Counted from the first letter of the stretch, positions 50,201 through 58,827 are shown. The stretch: DNA of 64,000 bases from Oscillospiraceae bacterium (GCA_017559985.1 JAFYPW010000036.1:23295-87294), one strand, 5' to 3'. The notes: generated by a model from the sequence alone, not told the origin. Translations and numbers: made by a program.

Positions 50201-50552
50201 AAATGCAATGGAGAGTGGTGAGGAGAAGGTTTATTTGCCGGTAAAGATAAACAAAAACGGAACGCTTTCGAAAACATCCTCCATCCTATCAAAGGAAGGC
50301 TTTGAAGCAGTCAAAACGCGAACAAGAGAAATTCTTGCAAGAATAGGTGACGAGCTATCCCGCGGCGAGATTGAGGCAAATCCGTATATCCATCGCGACT
50401 TTAATTCGTGCAAGTGGTGTGAGTATAAGGCTGTTTGCGCGTTTGATGAAAGAGCCGGCTGTGATAAGATGCGAGACCTTATAGAAGTTTCGGCAAAAGA
50501 AATTACGGGGGAAGGCGAGGTGAGCGACATTGGCGGAAATGAAATGGACTGA
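47259..50552 (+). CDS. addB: ATP-dependent helicase/nuclease subunit B (AddB)
   Basis: Start set at the ATG at 47259 after GGAGG. N-terminal P-loop 'GRIKSGKTS'; C-terminal RecB-type nuclease with Fe-S cysteines ('SCRYAYF', 'CKWCEYKAVC'). It sits directly upstream of and overlaps addA. Confidence 0.9.
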   Translation: MLHLVLGRIKSGKTSCIINELASRREEGSLLVVPERLSHSVERLLCKRCGNTVSSYAEVTSFRRLAARIKGEIGGVAAETVGDGKRMLLLYSAIKSVSPALSKLKKAATNPQRLSGVIESIDEFKAYGITPEELLSACGNVSKPLGEKLKDLAAIYAAYENGLGEEECDSYDELGFVAAMLRKEAFFKDKTVFLDGFSGFTKPEFDIIESAFVQARDVYITLELPGNASEGEENGIFDKAITTKKKLINLCEKNGIAWDETVLCKEKETTLSVLDEIIFNTDSKKYPCEGCITVARADGAFHECELSAAYIIDSIRKNGMRYRDFSVAITDEEKYIGICEMVYSRYGIPVYINRADDITQKPAVAIILSALSLIQKNFKPAAVMEYIKTGFSGICSKSLDIFENYLYMWEPRASEWKSGEDFTKNPLGFGVEENDEGRELLRIVNRVRRKISEPIKHLSGVVSKGCTGERAAAAIYDFINEINLPRRCDAYSYLSKLMGDFKTAQEYDGMLSVICDVIDSIGTVCGEDDITLDELCELFRITASKYTLSTIPATLDSVSVSSLARAEGERARVRIVLGANDGAFPKTADHAGILSDRDRGELSDCGIELAPALTERVFEDFRVIHNVLCTAEEALYISSDSSGKAGEESPEASAVLRIKDTFDGISGGFSLADARRCAKIPCFDESIARGELSDFWEMDAEEASRLMSVREAKSMKRGPIKKRENIEALFGNRIYLSASRAEKFISCRYAYFLRYGMKAFPRERAEISPIQAGDLLHYVLENVLKRLSKAGRFDSDYALALSEGIVREYVALRLGGEAVLSGRMDFLISRLEKTVRAALCDICSEIEKGEFRPRDFELEFSFGEDGLSPIEINGETSTVLFGGVIDRVDTYERDGELYFRVMDYKSGTKTFSLDESVNGIGMQMLLYMFALEDMAEKHYGRGAKPAGIMYIPLAQSFSQVRGEAAPRTRRAGVVINDTEIINAMESGEEKVYLPVKINKNGTLSKTSSILSKEGFEAVKTRTREILARIGDELSRGEIEANPYIHRDFNSCKWCEYKAVCAFDERAGCDKMRDLIEVSAKEITGEGEVSDIGGNEMD

Positions 50553-53500
50553 TGACCAGCTTTGTGCAATCAAAGCGCGCGGAAGCTCACTTCTTGTTTC
50601 TGCGGCCGCAGGCTCCGGAAAAACCGCAGTTCTTGTTGAAAGGCTTCTGCGGAGGATTGAAGAAGAGCGACTTGACATAACAGATTTTCTCGTAATTACA
50701 TACACAAAAGCCGCGGCATCTGAGCTTCGCCGGAAAATAGGCGATGCCCTTTATGAACGTATAGCAAAGAAACCGGGCGCGAAACACCTCAAACGGCAGA
50801 TTGCGCTTGTGGGAAGTGCGAGAATTTCAACCGTACATTCCTTCTGTACCTGGCTTTTGAGAAACTATGCCGAAAACGACGACATAGCAGGAGGATTTCG
50901 CGTTCTTGACGAGTCTGAGGCGGAGATGCTTCTTATGGACACGCTCTCCGAGATGATTGAGGAAAAGTATAACAGCAGGGATAAAGGCTTTCTTGCCCTG
51001 GCAGATTTCATGAGCGATTCGAGAAGCGATAAAAAGCTTTCTCCGGCAGTGCTTGAACTCTATCATAAAAGTATGAGCCATCCATACCCCGAAAAGTGGA
51101 TTTCGGAGGTGGGGCGATCTTACGAAATAGGCGATGTGAACAACATCAAAGAAACGCCTTGGGGAAAGGAAAGCTATCTCCGCGCGGAAAAACTCGTCTC
51201 CGAATGTGAAGAAATGGTTTGTCTTATGGAGAGTGATACTCAGAGAGTTGTGTCCTCGGGAGATTTATATGATGAGGTACTCCGGGAACTTCGACAGAGC
51301 ATAGGCAGGATAAAATCGTCTGACTGGGACGAGTTCCGGGAAAATGCCCGGAGCTTCTGCGTGCCGAAGCTTCCGTCGTCAAAGAATGTAGCAGACAAGA
51401 CCTTTACGGAACGAATCAAAGCTCTCACGAAGGTCATCAAAGAAAAAACAGGAGAGATTTCTGAAAAAATAATGCTTGCGGAGTCGGAGGTGCTACTTTC
51501 GGAAATACGCGCACTTTCGCCCATAATGAAAGAACTTTCCGAGCTTTCTGCCGAGCTTTATGAAAGGTTTGAGAAGGAAAAGCTTCGCTTGGGCACGCTT
51601 GACTATTCAGACCTTGAACATCAGACGATAAATCTGCTTATTGAAAGCTATGATGAAAAGAACGACACTGTAATACCCACAGAGCTTGCAGAGACCATAT
51701 CGGCAGACTTCTGCGAGATTCTTCTCGATGAATTTCAGGACAGCAATATTATTCAGGATATAATCTTCCGCGCGATTTCGCGCAAAGAGAAAAATATCGT
51801 GATGGTAGGAGATGTCAAACAGTCGATATACGGTTTCAGACTTGCTGATCCGTCAATCTTTATGAAAAAGTACAGAACCTTTGCTCCTTTTGCAGAAGCA
51901 AAGGGCGATGCTCCGCGGCGTGTAAACCTCTCGAAAAATTTTCGTTCACGTCGGGAAATTCTTGATGCGTCAAACTCTGTTTTTTCGCGGATAATGACGG
52001 AGGAACTCGGCGGTGTTGATTATAACGAGGAGCATATGCTTATCCCGCGGGACGAAATTCCGCATAGTGACCGCGAGGATATGAAGTGTGAGTTCTGCCT
52101 TATAGATGTAGATAAAAACGGTGAGGAGAGCGAGCTCTCGGCGCAGGCGCGCTTTACTGCTCGGAAAATCCGTGAAATGGTTGACTCGGGTTTTGAGGTA
52201 TGCGACAAAAACGGAAATTTAAGACCTGTTACATATCGTGACTTTGCAATTCTTTTGCGCTCGGTGTCAACGTCGGCGGAGGGTTATGAGGCGGCGCTTG
52301 AAGAATACGGAATTCCGTTTTTCGCCCCCATAAAAGGCGGGCTTCTGCAAAAAAATGAGGTCAATACAATCCTTTCCTATCTCACGGTTATAGATAACCC
52401 GACATCTGATATACCCCTGCTTGCAACACTTCGCTCACCGCTGTTCGCGTTTTCGGCAGACGAGCTTTGCGAAATGAGAATTGCAGGAAAGGGAACGCTT
52501 ATCTCCGCAATGGAGAAGCTTTCGCGTGAGGAGACGGAAACAGGCAGAAAATGCAGCGAATTTCTCAAAACTACGGCGTACCTTCGCGCGCGCAGCCGCG
52601 GTATGAGAATATCAAAGCTCATATGGGAGGTTTACAACAAAACGAATGCGCTCGGACTTTTCGGAGCGATGCCGTATGGCGAGGAGCGTCAGGAAAATCT
52701 CATAGAGTTTTATAAAAGCGCAGAAGGTCTTGAAACTCTCGGCTATTCAAACCTCTACAAGTTTCTTTCTCACATCTCTTCACTTGCCGAACGGGGGGGA
52801 GATATTGCGGTGTCGTCAGAAAACGCACATAATGCCGTGACAATTATGACGGTGCATAAGTCAAAGGGGCTTGAGTTTCCGGTTGTTTTTGTGGGCAATG
52901 CCTTTAAAAACTTCAATCTTAAAGATTTGCAGAAGGGTGTGCTGATTCACCCGAAACTCGGCGTCGGGCTTAATTTCCGCGACGAGGAGAAAAAGCTCGA
53001 ATGTTCAACGCTTATGCGCGAGGCGATAAAGCTTCGGCTTCTGGAGGATATGAAGAGTGAAGAAATGCGCCTTCTGTATGTCGCCCTCACTCGTGCCCGG
53101 GAGAAGCTGTTTATAACAGGTGCGAAAAAGGATGCGGCGCGTATGATACAAAAGGTTGCGGCTTCAAACTCATATGAAAAGCTTGACAAAGCAAACCTTG
53201 TATCAAGAAATGATGCTGAGCTGTGGTTTATGCTCCCTCTTTTCCGCACAATGACGGGAAGCGATATTTTTGCCTATGGTGACTACATAATAAACAGGGA
53301 TGAAGCTCTTGCAGGACTCTGTGCATATGTCGAGAAGGACGAGAGAGAAAAGGAAAGCCGCGTCAATGAAAAACAGACGGCAGACGGTGTCAGGGCGGTT
53401 CGTGAGCCGGAGTTTCTCGACTATAAATACAAAGAGGCAACGAGAACACCGTCAAAAATTACAGCGACGGGTATTCTTGCAGCAACGGAAAAGGGTGTGG

Positions 53501-54060
53501 AAATACGCCGCACGAGAGCGCCAAGACCGTCTTTTATGCTCAAAAAGGAGCTTTCTGCGGCAGAACGTGGAATTGCTCTTCATATGGCAATGCAATTCTG
53601 CGATTTTTCAAAATGCACCACGCGTGACGGGGCAAAGGCAGAGCTTTTAAGGCTTTATGAGCAGAAGTTTCTGACGAAAAGACAGTATGAAGCTGTGTCT
53701 GACGAGAAGATATATAATTTCGTGAATTCCGATATAGGCCGCGAGATGCTCTCGGCAAAAAAGATTTCGCGTGAATTCAAGTTCTCGCTCCTGCTTCCGG
53801 CAGAAGAGGTTTTCTCCGGCACGGAGCTTTGCGGTGAAGATGTTCTTGTTCAGGGCGTAATTGATATGTACTACGAAACTGATGAGGGCATAACAATCGT
53901 TGACTTCAAGACAGACAGAAAAAAGCCCTCCGGGAGAACACTTCTCAAATACAGTGAGCAGCTTTATACATATCGCCGTGCACTTTCCGAGATAACCGGA
54001 AAGACTGCCGCAAGAGCGCTTCTTTATCTTGTTATGACAAATGAATATATAGAAGTGTAA
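50530..54060 (+). CDS. addA: ATP-dependent helicase/nuclease subunit A (AddA)
   Basis: 1176 aa with UvrD/Rep helicase motifs ('VSAAAGSGKTAVLVER', 'LLDEFQDSN', 'VGDVKQSIYGFR', 'TVHKSKGLEFPVVF') and a C-terminal PD-(D/E)xK nuclease ('GVIDMYY..IVDFKTD'). Confidence 0.93.
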   Translation: MAEMKWTDDQLCAIKARGSSLLVSAAAGSGKTAVLVERLLRRIEEERLDITDFLVITYTKAAASELRRKIGDALYERIAKKPGAKHLKRQIALVGSARISTVHSFCTWLLRNYAENDDIAGGFRVLDESEAEMLLMDTLSEMIEEKYNSRDKGFLALADFMSDSRSDKKLSPAVLELYHKSMSHPYPEKWISEVGRSYEIGDVNNIKETPWGKESYLRAEKLVSECEEMVCLMESDTQRVVSSGDLYDEVLRELRQSIGRIKSSDWDEFRENARSFCVPKLPSSKNVADKTFTERIKALTKVIKEKTGEISEKIMLAESEVLLSEIRALSPIMKELSELSAELYERFEKEKLRLGTLDYSDLEHQTINLLIESYDEKNDTVIPTELAETISADFCEILLDEFQDSNIIQDIIFRAISRKEKNIVMVGDVKQSIYGFRLADPSIFMKKYRTFAPFAEAKGDAPRRVNLSKNFRSRREILDASNSVFSRIMTEELGGVDYNEEHMLIPRDEIPHSDREDMKCEFCLIDVDKNGEESELSAQARFTARKIREMVDSGFEVCDKNGNLRPVTYRDFAILLRSVSTSAEGYEAALEEYGIPFFAPIKGGLLQKNEVNTILSYLTVIDNPTSDIPLLATLRSPLFAFSADELCEMRIAGKGTLISAMEKLSREETETGRKCSEFLKTTAYLRARSRGMRISKLIWEVYNKTNALGLFGAMPYGEERQENLIEFYKSAEGLETLGYSNLYKFLSHISSLAERGGDIAVSSENAHNAVTIMTVHKSKGLEFPVVFVGNAFKNFNLKDLQKGVLIHPKLGVGLNFRDEEKKLECSTLMREAIKLRLLEDMKSEEMRLLYVALTRAREKLFITGAKKDAARMIQKVAASNSYEKLDKANLVSRNDAELWFMLPLFRTMTGSDIFAYGDYIINRDEALAGLCAYVEKDEREKESRVNEKQTADGVRAVREPEFLDYKYKEATRTPSKITATGILAATEKGVEIRRTRAPRPSFMLKKELSAAERGIALHMAMQFCDFSKCTTRDGAKAELLRLYEQKFLTKRQYEAVSDEKIYNFVNSDIGREMLSAKKISREFKFSLLLPAEEVFSGTELCGEDVLVQGVIDMYYETDEGITIVDFKTDRKKPSGRTLLKYSEQLYTYRRALSEITGKTAARALLYLVMTNEYIEV

Positions 54061-54065
54061 AAAAA

Positions 54066-54097
54066 CACAGCACCGCCGTCGGTGCTGCGTTTTTTTT
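54066..54097. terminator. Bidirectional terminator between addA (+) and the CDF gene (-)
   Basis: Stem CAGCACCG (54068-54075) / CGGTGCTG (54080-54087), flanked by A7 and T8 runs. Confidence 0.75.
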
Positions 54098-55262
54098 ACA
54101 TAACCGTTCTGTCTATTGTGGGCTTTACTATGAATGACTGGTCGATTGCGGAAACCGCTGTTATGACCATATCGGAGACGATGCTGTCCGGCGCGGGGTG
54201 TGCAATAGGGACAACAACGTCAAACAGGATATTTTTCAAATCACCGTTTTTTATAACTCGGAAGTCGTGCATTGTGAAAGAAGCATCAAGCTTTTTTAAA
54301 GCATCGGCAACAAGTTTTGAAATACGCCGGACTTCTTCGTTTTCCACTTCGAGCGGGTCGAGATGAATTGTGATTTCAATTCCGAGCTTTTTCGAAAGCT
54401 CGCTCTCAATGCGGTCTATAAGCTCGTGGCTTTCGAGAATGTCTTCCGAAGAGGAAACTTCCGCATGGAGAGATGCGAAAACCTTTCCGGGCCCGTATTC
54501 GTGAACTATCAGGTCGTGTATACCGAGGATTTTGTCGTGTCCCGCGACCGTGCTGTATATGTCTCTGACAAGGTCCGGGTTTGGGGTTGTACCGAGAAGC
54601 GGGGTTAACGTGTCGCGGATTATTTTTATTCCCGACCACATAACAAATGCACTCACAAGAATGCCGATATATCCGTCAAGCGGGAAAGCTGTAAATTTTG
54701 AAAGAACTATTGAGATGAGCGTGACTGTTGTGGAGAACGCATCGGATATGCTGTCTGTTGAAACTGCCTTTATCGTCGAAGAGTTGATTTTCGTGCCGAG
54801 CTTTTTGTAAAAGAAGGCAAGCCAGAGCTTTGTTAAAACAGAGACGGCAAGACCTGTCGTTACAAAAACGGAGAAATTTGAGCTTCCCCTGGAAAAGATT
54901 TTTAAAAGTGACGTTTTTCCCACCTCAAAGCCTGCAAGAAGAACGAGGAAGGCGACGACAAGGCCGCAGATGTATTCAATCCTTCCGTGACCGAAAGGGT
55001 GTTCGCGGTCAGCAGGTTTCGAAGAAAGCTTAAACCCGATGATTGTAACGATGTTTGAAGCACAGTCGGATAAATTGTTGACGGCATCTGCCGTAACGGC
55101 AATGCTGTTTGCAAAGATGCCGAGTATGAATTTAAGCGCGGCAAGTATAATGTTGAATACAATGCCGACGGTGCTTGAAACAACACCGTAACGCGTTCTT
55201 ACAGTCGGGTTTGTGACATCTTCATAATTCTTTATGAAAAGGCGGATGATAAAATTTGTCAT
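54096..55262 (-). CDS. Cation diffusion facilitator (CDF) family divalent-metal efflux transporter
   Basis: 388 aa with six TM segments, 'SIAVTADAVNNLSD', 'HPFGHGRIEY', and a cytoplasmic C-terminal domain ('IHDLIVHEYG', 'FTMHDFR'). Confidence 0.88.
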   Translation of the reverse strand: MTNFIIRLFIKNYEDVTNPTVRTRYGVVSSTVGIVFNIILAALKFILGIFANSIAVTADAVNNLSDCASNIVTIIGFKLSSKPADREHPFGHGRIEYICGLVVAFLVLLAGFEVGKTSLLKIFSRGSSNFSVFVTTGLAVSVLTKLWLAFFYKKLGTKINSSTIKAVSTDSISDAFSTTVTLISIVLSKFTAFPLDGYIGILVSAFVMWSGIKIIRDTLTPLLGTTPNPDLVRDIYSTVAGHDKILGIHDLIVHEYGPGKVFASLHAEVSSSEDILESHELIDRIESELSKKLGIEITIHLDPLEVENEEVRRISKLVADALKKLDASFTMHDFRVIKNGDLKNILFDVVVPIAHPAPDSIVSDMVITAVSAIDQSFIVKPTIDRTVM

Positions 55263-55289
55263 CTGAAAATATCATATCCTAACAAAAAG

Positions 55290-56648
55290 TTATTTTACCA
55301 AAACTGCACGAAGATGGGGGAAAACATCCCTGCGCGAAAGTTTGCCCGGATTGATTGTAAAGGAATAGGTGGGGGCAAGGCTTCGCAAAAATGCAGAGAG
55401 AAGCTCTCCCGTAACCGTTGTTTTATACGAAAGCTTTTCGCTGTTATCACAGTTGATTATACCGAGCTCTGCTGCTTTGCAGAAAGCTATGAAATACGGA
55501 TGGTTCTCGCCCACACCGTATCTTTTTGCACACTCAGCCAAAAGAGCACCTGTCTCAAAGCCGGAATCAACAAATTTGCGGTAGGACGTGAGAATATCCT
55601 GCGGCGGAGTGCAGGTTACAACCAACTCACCAAATGTCATGGCACGCTCGGGGTGAAGAGTGTTGTTCTTGTAAGCGACGGTGAAACCTGCGTTTGCGAG
55701 AGCCTGTGCGTCTTCGTTCACACAGTCGGCAAACTGCGAAAGCGAAAGAAGCTCGGATACAGAAATGACATCATAGCCGTGTTTTTTGAGCAGGTCGAGC
55801 TGAAGCGGAAGAGCTTCCGCAACGGGCGTATGGCGTGACATACTGTACCCGTCCTTCTGGAAAATTATCTGTCCGTTCAAAGAATCGGGGTCTTCGGAGA
55901 GGGCACGCGAAATCGGCTCTACCATAGCATCGATGTCTTTTTTGAAATCGCCCGTCGAGGGAAGCCATCCGCCGCCGTCAAAGCTTGCGGCGAGGTAGTT
56001 ATACCCTGCATAGCGATACGCATCGTAAGATGTCTTGCCGTCCGGGATTTTGTCAACATAGTGCGGAGGGCGCGAAAGGCGCATTTTATAACCGTGTTCT
56101 TCAAGGAGAAGGCTGTCAAGCTCCATAATGTCGGAGATGACTTCGTGAATATTGTTAAAACACGCGCGGGCACCGTAAACAAGCTTTAAATGGCCAAAGA
56201 GAATGTGGCGGTAGCCGTGGTTTGTGATTTCGTGACCGCCTGAAAGTATGCGGGAGATAAGGTCGGACTTGTTTTTTGCACCTGCGCACAAATCGCGGTT
56301 TATGTCCGGGTAGTGGTCATACCTGACGCCACCCCAGGAAAAAGAGCCGTGGACACCCGCCTCGTCGGGATAGTTGTGCTCTGTCGTGCCTATAACATCA
56401 AATGTGCCCTTTGCTCCGAATTTTTCGAGTGTCTTCAAGAGGTGGAGCGTTAAGCCGTCATCGGAAATCTTCGGGTTTGTCTCCGTGTCGGTAGGACCGT
56501 CGTCAAATGTCATTGCACATACACGACGGTCAGTGAGCGGGAAAACGCGTTCAATGCGGCGAACCGGTGTGATGTATTCACAGTCGCGGCTTTTCTGGTA
56601 TTCTTTGAGAATGTGTTTTGCACGTCTTGCAAGGTCGTAAAGTATCAT
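55290..56648 (-). CDS. NodB-fold polysaccharide/carbohydrate deacetylase-family protein with an extra C-terminal domain of about 150 aa; no signal peptide
   Basis: 452 aa with NodB motifs 'CAMTFDDGP', 'GHEITNHGYRH' and 'RPPHY'. The N-terminus 'MILYDLARRAKHILKEY' is not a signal sequence. Confidence 0.8.
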   Translation of the reverse strand: MILYDLARRAKHILKEYQKSRDCEYITPVRRIERVFPLTDRRVCAMTFDDGPTDTETNPKISDDGLTLHLLKTLEKFGAKGTFDVIGTTEHNYPDEAGVHGSFSWGGVRYDHYPDINRDLCAGAKNKSDLISRILSGGHEITNHGYRHILFGHLKLVYGARACFNNIHEVISDIMELDSLLLEEHGYKMRLSRPPHYVDKIPDGKTSYDAYRYAGYNYLAASFDGGGWLPSTGDFKKDIDAMVEPISRALSEDPDSLNGQIIFQKDGYSMSRHTPVAEALPLQLDLLKKHGYDVISVSELLSLSQFADCVNEDAQALANAGFTVAYKNNTLHPERAMTFGELVVTCTPPQDILTSYRKFVDSGFETGALLAECAKRYGVGENHPYFIAFCKAAELGIINCDNSEKLSYKTTVTGELLSAFLRSLAPTYSFTINPGKLSRRDVFPHLRAVLVK

Positions 56649-57436
56649 TATTTATTCTCCTCCGGCGTTGTGTCTATATAATGACCTTCATATTTTTTGC
56701 AGAAAACAGATTTTAATAACATATATAGGTGAACAAAGTAACTTTTTAAAAGTCTGCCGTAAAGTTTTTTGCAACGGTACATATATCTTTTCCCGCGCAA
56801 AACGTCAAACGGAGATGCAGCACCCGCAAAAACGCGCCCGCGACCGGAAAGAAGCTCGGCCTTGAGTTTGTCTTCAAAATCGGGCTCGGACATAGCATAT
56901 TCCCGCAGGTCGCACTCCCAGAAGGTTGTGCCAACTTCTTCGGGAATATGCGCATCGCTTCCTGCTGAAAAAGGCAATCCCAATTTTTTACACAGTTTTA
57001 AAGCGTCACGGTTTGCGTTTGTCTTTCGTGAGTGTACGACTCGTGAATTGAAAATTTCTATTCCGTCGATTTCGTCAAAAAGGGCATCGGGACGGGGACG
57101 GAAAGGAGAAAACGGATGCGCAAGAAAAACCAGCGCGCCCTGGTCATGTGCCGCTTTTACGATATCGCGCCAGTAAAACCTGCCGTATTCGTCACGCGAG
57201 AGGGCTTCGTTTACGTGCTCTTTCTGGAAATAGACTATAAGATGTCCGACATCTGTTGAGAATTCACAGGCGTGGATTATGTAGAAGTTTTCGCGTTCGC
57301 GATGGTGGTGGAACGCGTTGTGGTCAGCGATGGCAACGCCTGAAAGTCCTGCGCGGCGGGCGGCTTCCACAAGGTCGTCAGACCTCATCCTTGAATCATA
57401 TGATAGATTTGTGTGAACGTGTAAATCGAATTTCAT
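56648..57436 (-). CDS. PHP-domain metal-dependent phosphoesterase
   Basis: 262 aa with 'MKFDLHVHTNLSYDS', 'AIADHN', 'LAHPF' and 'GSDAH' PHP metal-ligand motifs. Its TAA overlaps the deacetylase ATG (TAATG). Confidence 0.85.
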   Translation of the reverse strand: MKFDLHVHTNLSYDSRMRSDDLVEAARRAGLSGVAIADHNAFHHHRERENFYIIHACEFSTDVGHLIVYFQKEHVNEALSRDEYGRFYWRDIVKAAHDQGALVFLAHPFSPFRPRPDALFDEIDGIEIFNSRVVHSRKTNANRDALKLCKKLGLPFSAGSDAHIPEEVGTTFWECDLREYAMSEPDFEDKLKAELLSGRGRVFAGAASPFDVLRGKRYMYRCKKLYGRLLKSYFVHLYMLLKSVFCKKYEGHYIDTTPEENK

Positions 57437-57441
57437 ATAAA

Positions 57442-58599
57442 TTACCTCACGATACTGTCGGTTTTCTTTAACGCCTGCTTAAAGTATTGGAGTGATGAGC
57501 GGATGTCGGATATATCAAAAACACCGTCGGAAACGAAAGGGTTTAAAAGTCCCGAAAGAAAAGAAACGGCAAATTTCAATTTATGCTCACTCTTTTTCAG
57601 ATATGCAGGAAAAGAGAGAAGGTCCTGAATTATAAATCTCATCTTGTGGCCTGTTTTGTAGCTTGGCGAGAACGAAGAAAAAGGCTTTGCAAGCTCTCCG
57701 CGGGCGGCGCGGTAAAGGGCAAATGGAATGTTGCAGCCTGAATTTGGCGCGAGGGCAGAGCTTCCCCAGAAACGTGGGTTGATTTCCATAAGGTAAAATC
57801 CGGTTTCGGGAGTGCCTTTAAACTCAACCATTGCAACGCCTTCCCAATGCAATGTGCGCAAAAGCTTTATCGCATATTCTGCAAGTTGCGGAGAGTCAAC
57901 GCTCTCACAGAAGCACGACGGACCGCCGCTTGACGGATATTCGCGTATTCTGCGGTGGCAGAAAACTTCGAGCGGCTCGGAGTTTTTGTCAAAGACGCAG
58001 GAAACGCCGTAGCCATCGCCGGTGATATATTGCTGAACGAGAATTTCCTGACCGTATTGTTCAAAAACCGTATAGGTTTTTATGAATTCTTCCTTTGAGG
58101 AGACAATGCTGTATCTCTTTTCGGGCGGAAGCCCCAGCATCTCACCGAGCGGGAGCTTTATTACAGAAGGGTAAGTTATTCTCTGTGAAAGGGAGAGGAC
58201 ACTCTCGCCGTCTGCCTTGAATGTTGTTTCCGGAACGGGAACGCCTGCTTCTTTTGCAAAGGGGATGAGGCGCGATTTGTTGTTTGCAAGTTCGATTGAT
58301 GAGAACGGCGGCAGCGCGCAATCACAAAAGCCGAGAACTTCGTCACGGTTTTCACACAGCGTAAGGAGGGTGGAAATGCCGACCGGTATCACAACCGGGC
58401 GCTCATCAAGATCAGAACACAAAGACGAAAGCTCTGAAAGGAACAGTGCGGTATCTGTATCTGCGTCGGGGAGCAGAACATTCCTTTTTGAATATTTAGA
58501 ATAAAAACCCAATGCCGCCTTTGTATCACATACGTCTCTCTCGGTGCAAACAACAGGGACACCGCTCTTTCCGAGAGCACGGATGGCAGGAAGACTCAT
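57442..58599 (-). CDS. ATP-grasp ligase (COG3919-like 'predicted ATP-grasp enzyme'); the true start is probably upstream at a non-canonical codon (ATT at 58635)
   Basis: 385 aa from the first ATG. ATP-grasp core 'YPSVIKLP', 'LVQQYITG' and 'VAMVEFK..FYLMEINPRFWGS'. The frame stays open to the TGA at 58650-58648 and encodes 'INSAIVTDVRYR' with no ATG/GTG/TTG. Confidence 0.8.
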   Translation of the reverse strand: MSLPAIRALGKSGVPVVCTERDVCDTKAALGFYSKYSKRNVLLPDADTDTALFLSELSSLCSDLDERPVVIPVGISTLLTLCENRDEVLGFCDCALPPFSSIELANNKSRLIPFAKEAGVPVPETTFKADGESVLSLSQRITYPSVIKLPLGEMLGLPPEKRYSIVSSKEEFIKTYTVFEQYGQEILVQQYITGDGYGVSCVFDKNSEPLEVFCHRRIREYPSSGGPSCFCESVDSPQLAEYAIKLLRTLHWEGVAMVEFKGTPETGFYLMEINPRFWGSSALAPNSGCNIPFALYRAARGELAKPFSSFSPSYKTGHKMRFIIQDLLSFPAYLKKSEHKLKFAVSFLSGLLNPFVSDGVFDISDIRSSLQYFKQALKKTDSIVR

Positions 58600-58670
58600 G
58601 CGGTAGCGTACATCCGTTACAATAGCAGAATTAATGACAGATACACCTCACCTATTATATATTGATTTTA

Positions 58671-58699
58671 ATTATATAACATATGTAAGAACTTATCAA
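58671..58699 (-). promoter_or_regulatory. Near-consensus sigma-A promoter for the ATP-grasp/PHP/deacetylase operon (minus strand)
   Basis: On the minus strand: TTGATA (58699-58694), 17-nt spacer, TATAAT (58676-58671). Confidence 0.55.
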
Positions 58700-58827
58700 G
58701 TGATGAGATATTGAAAAAAACTATATCTTACATAGTATTATTCAAAAATAGAATATGAAGCTACAAACTCTTGTTTTTTTCGCTGAAATATTATATATTT
58801 TTATTATAAAATGAGGAGGTTTATGTT

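Noticed and set aside
55290-55740. Two degenerate repeats in the C-terminal 150 aa or so of the deacetylase ('FADCVNEDAQALANAGF..HPERAMTFGEL' and 'HPYFIAFCKAAELGII..VTGELLSAFL') that reminded me of SLH motifs
   Set aside because: The similarity is weak and judged by eye only. The protein has no signal peptide, which is inconsistent with a cell-surface SLH anchor. It needs an HMM or structure check before any claim.
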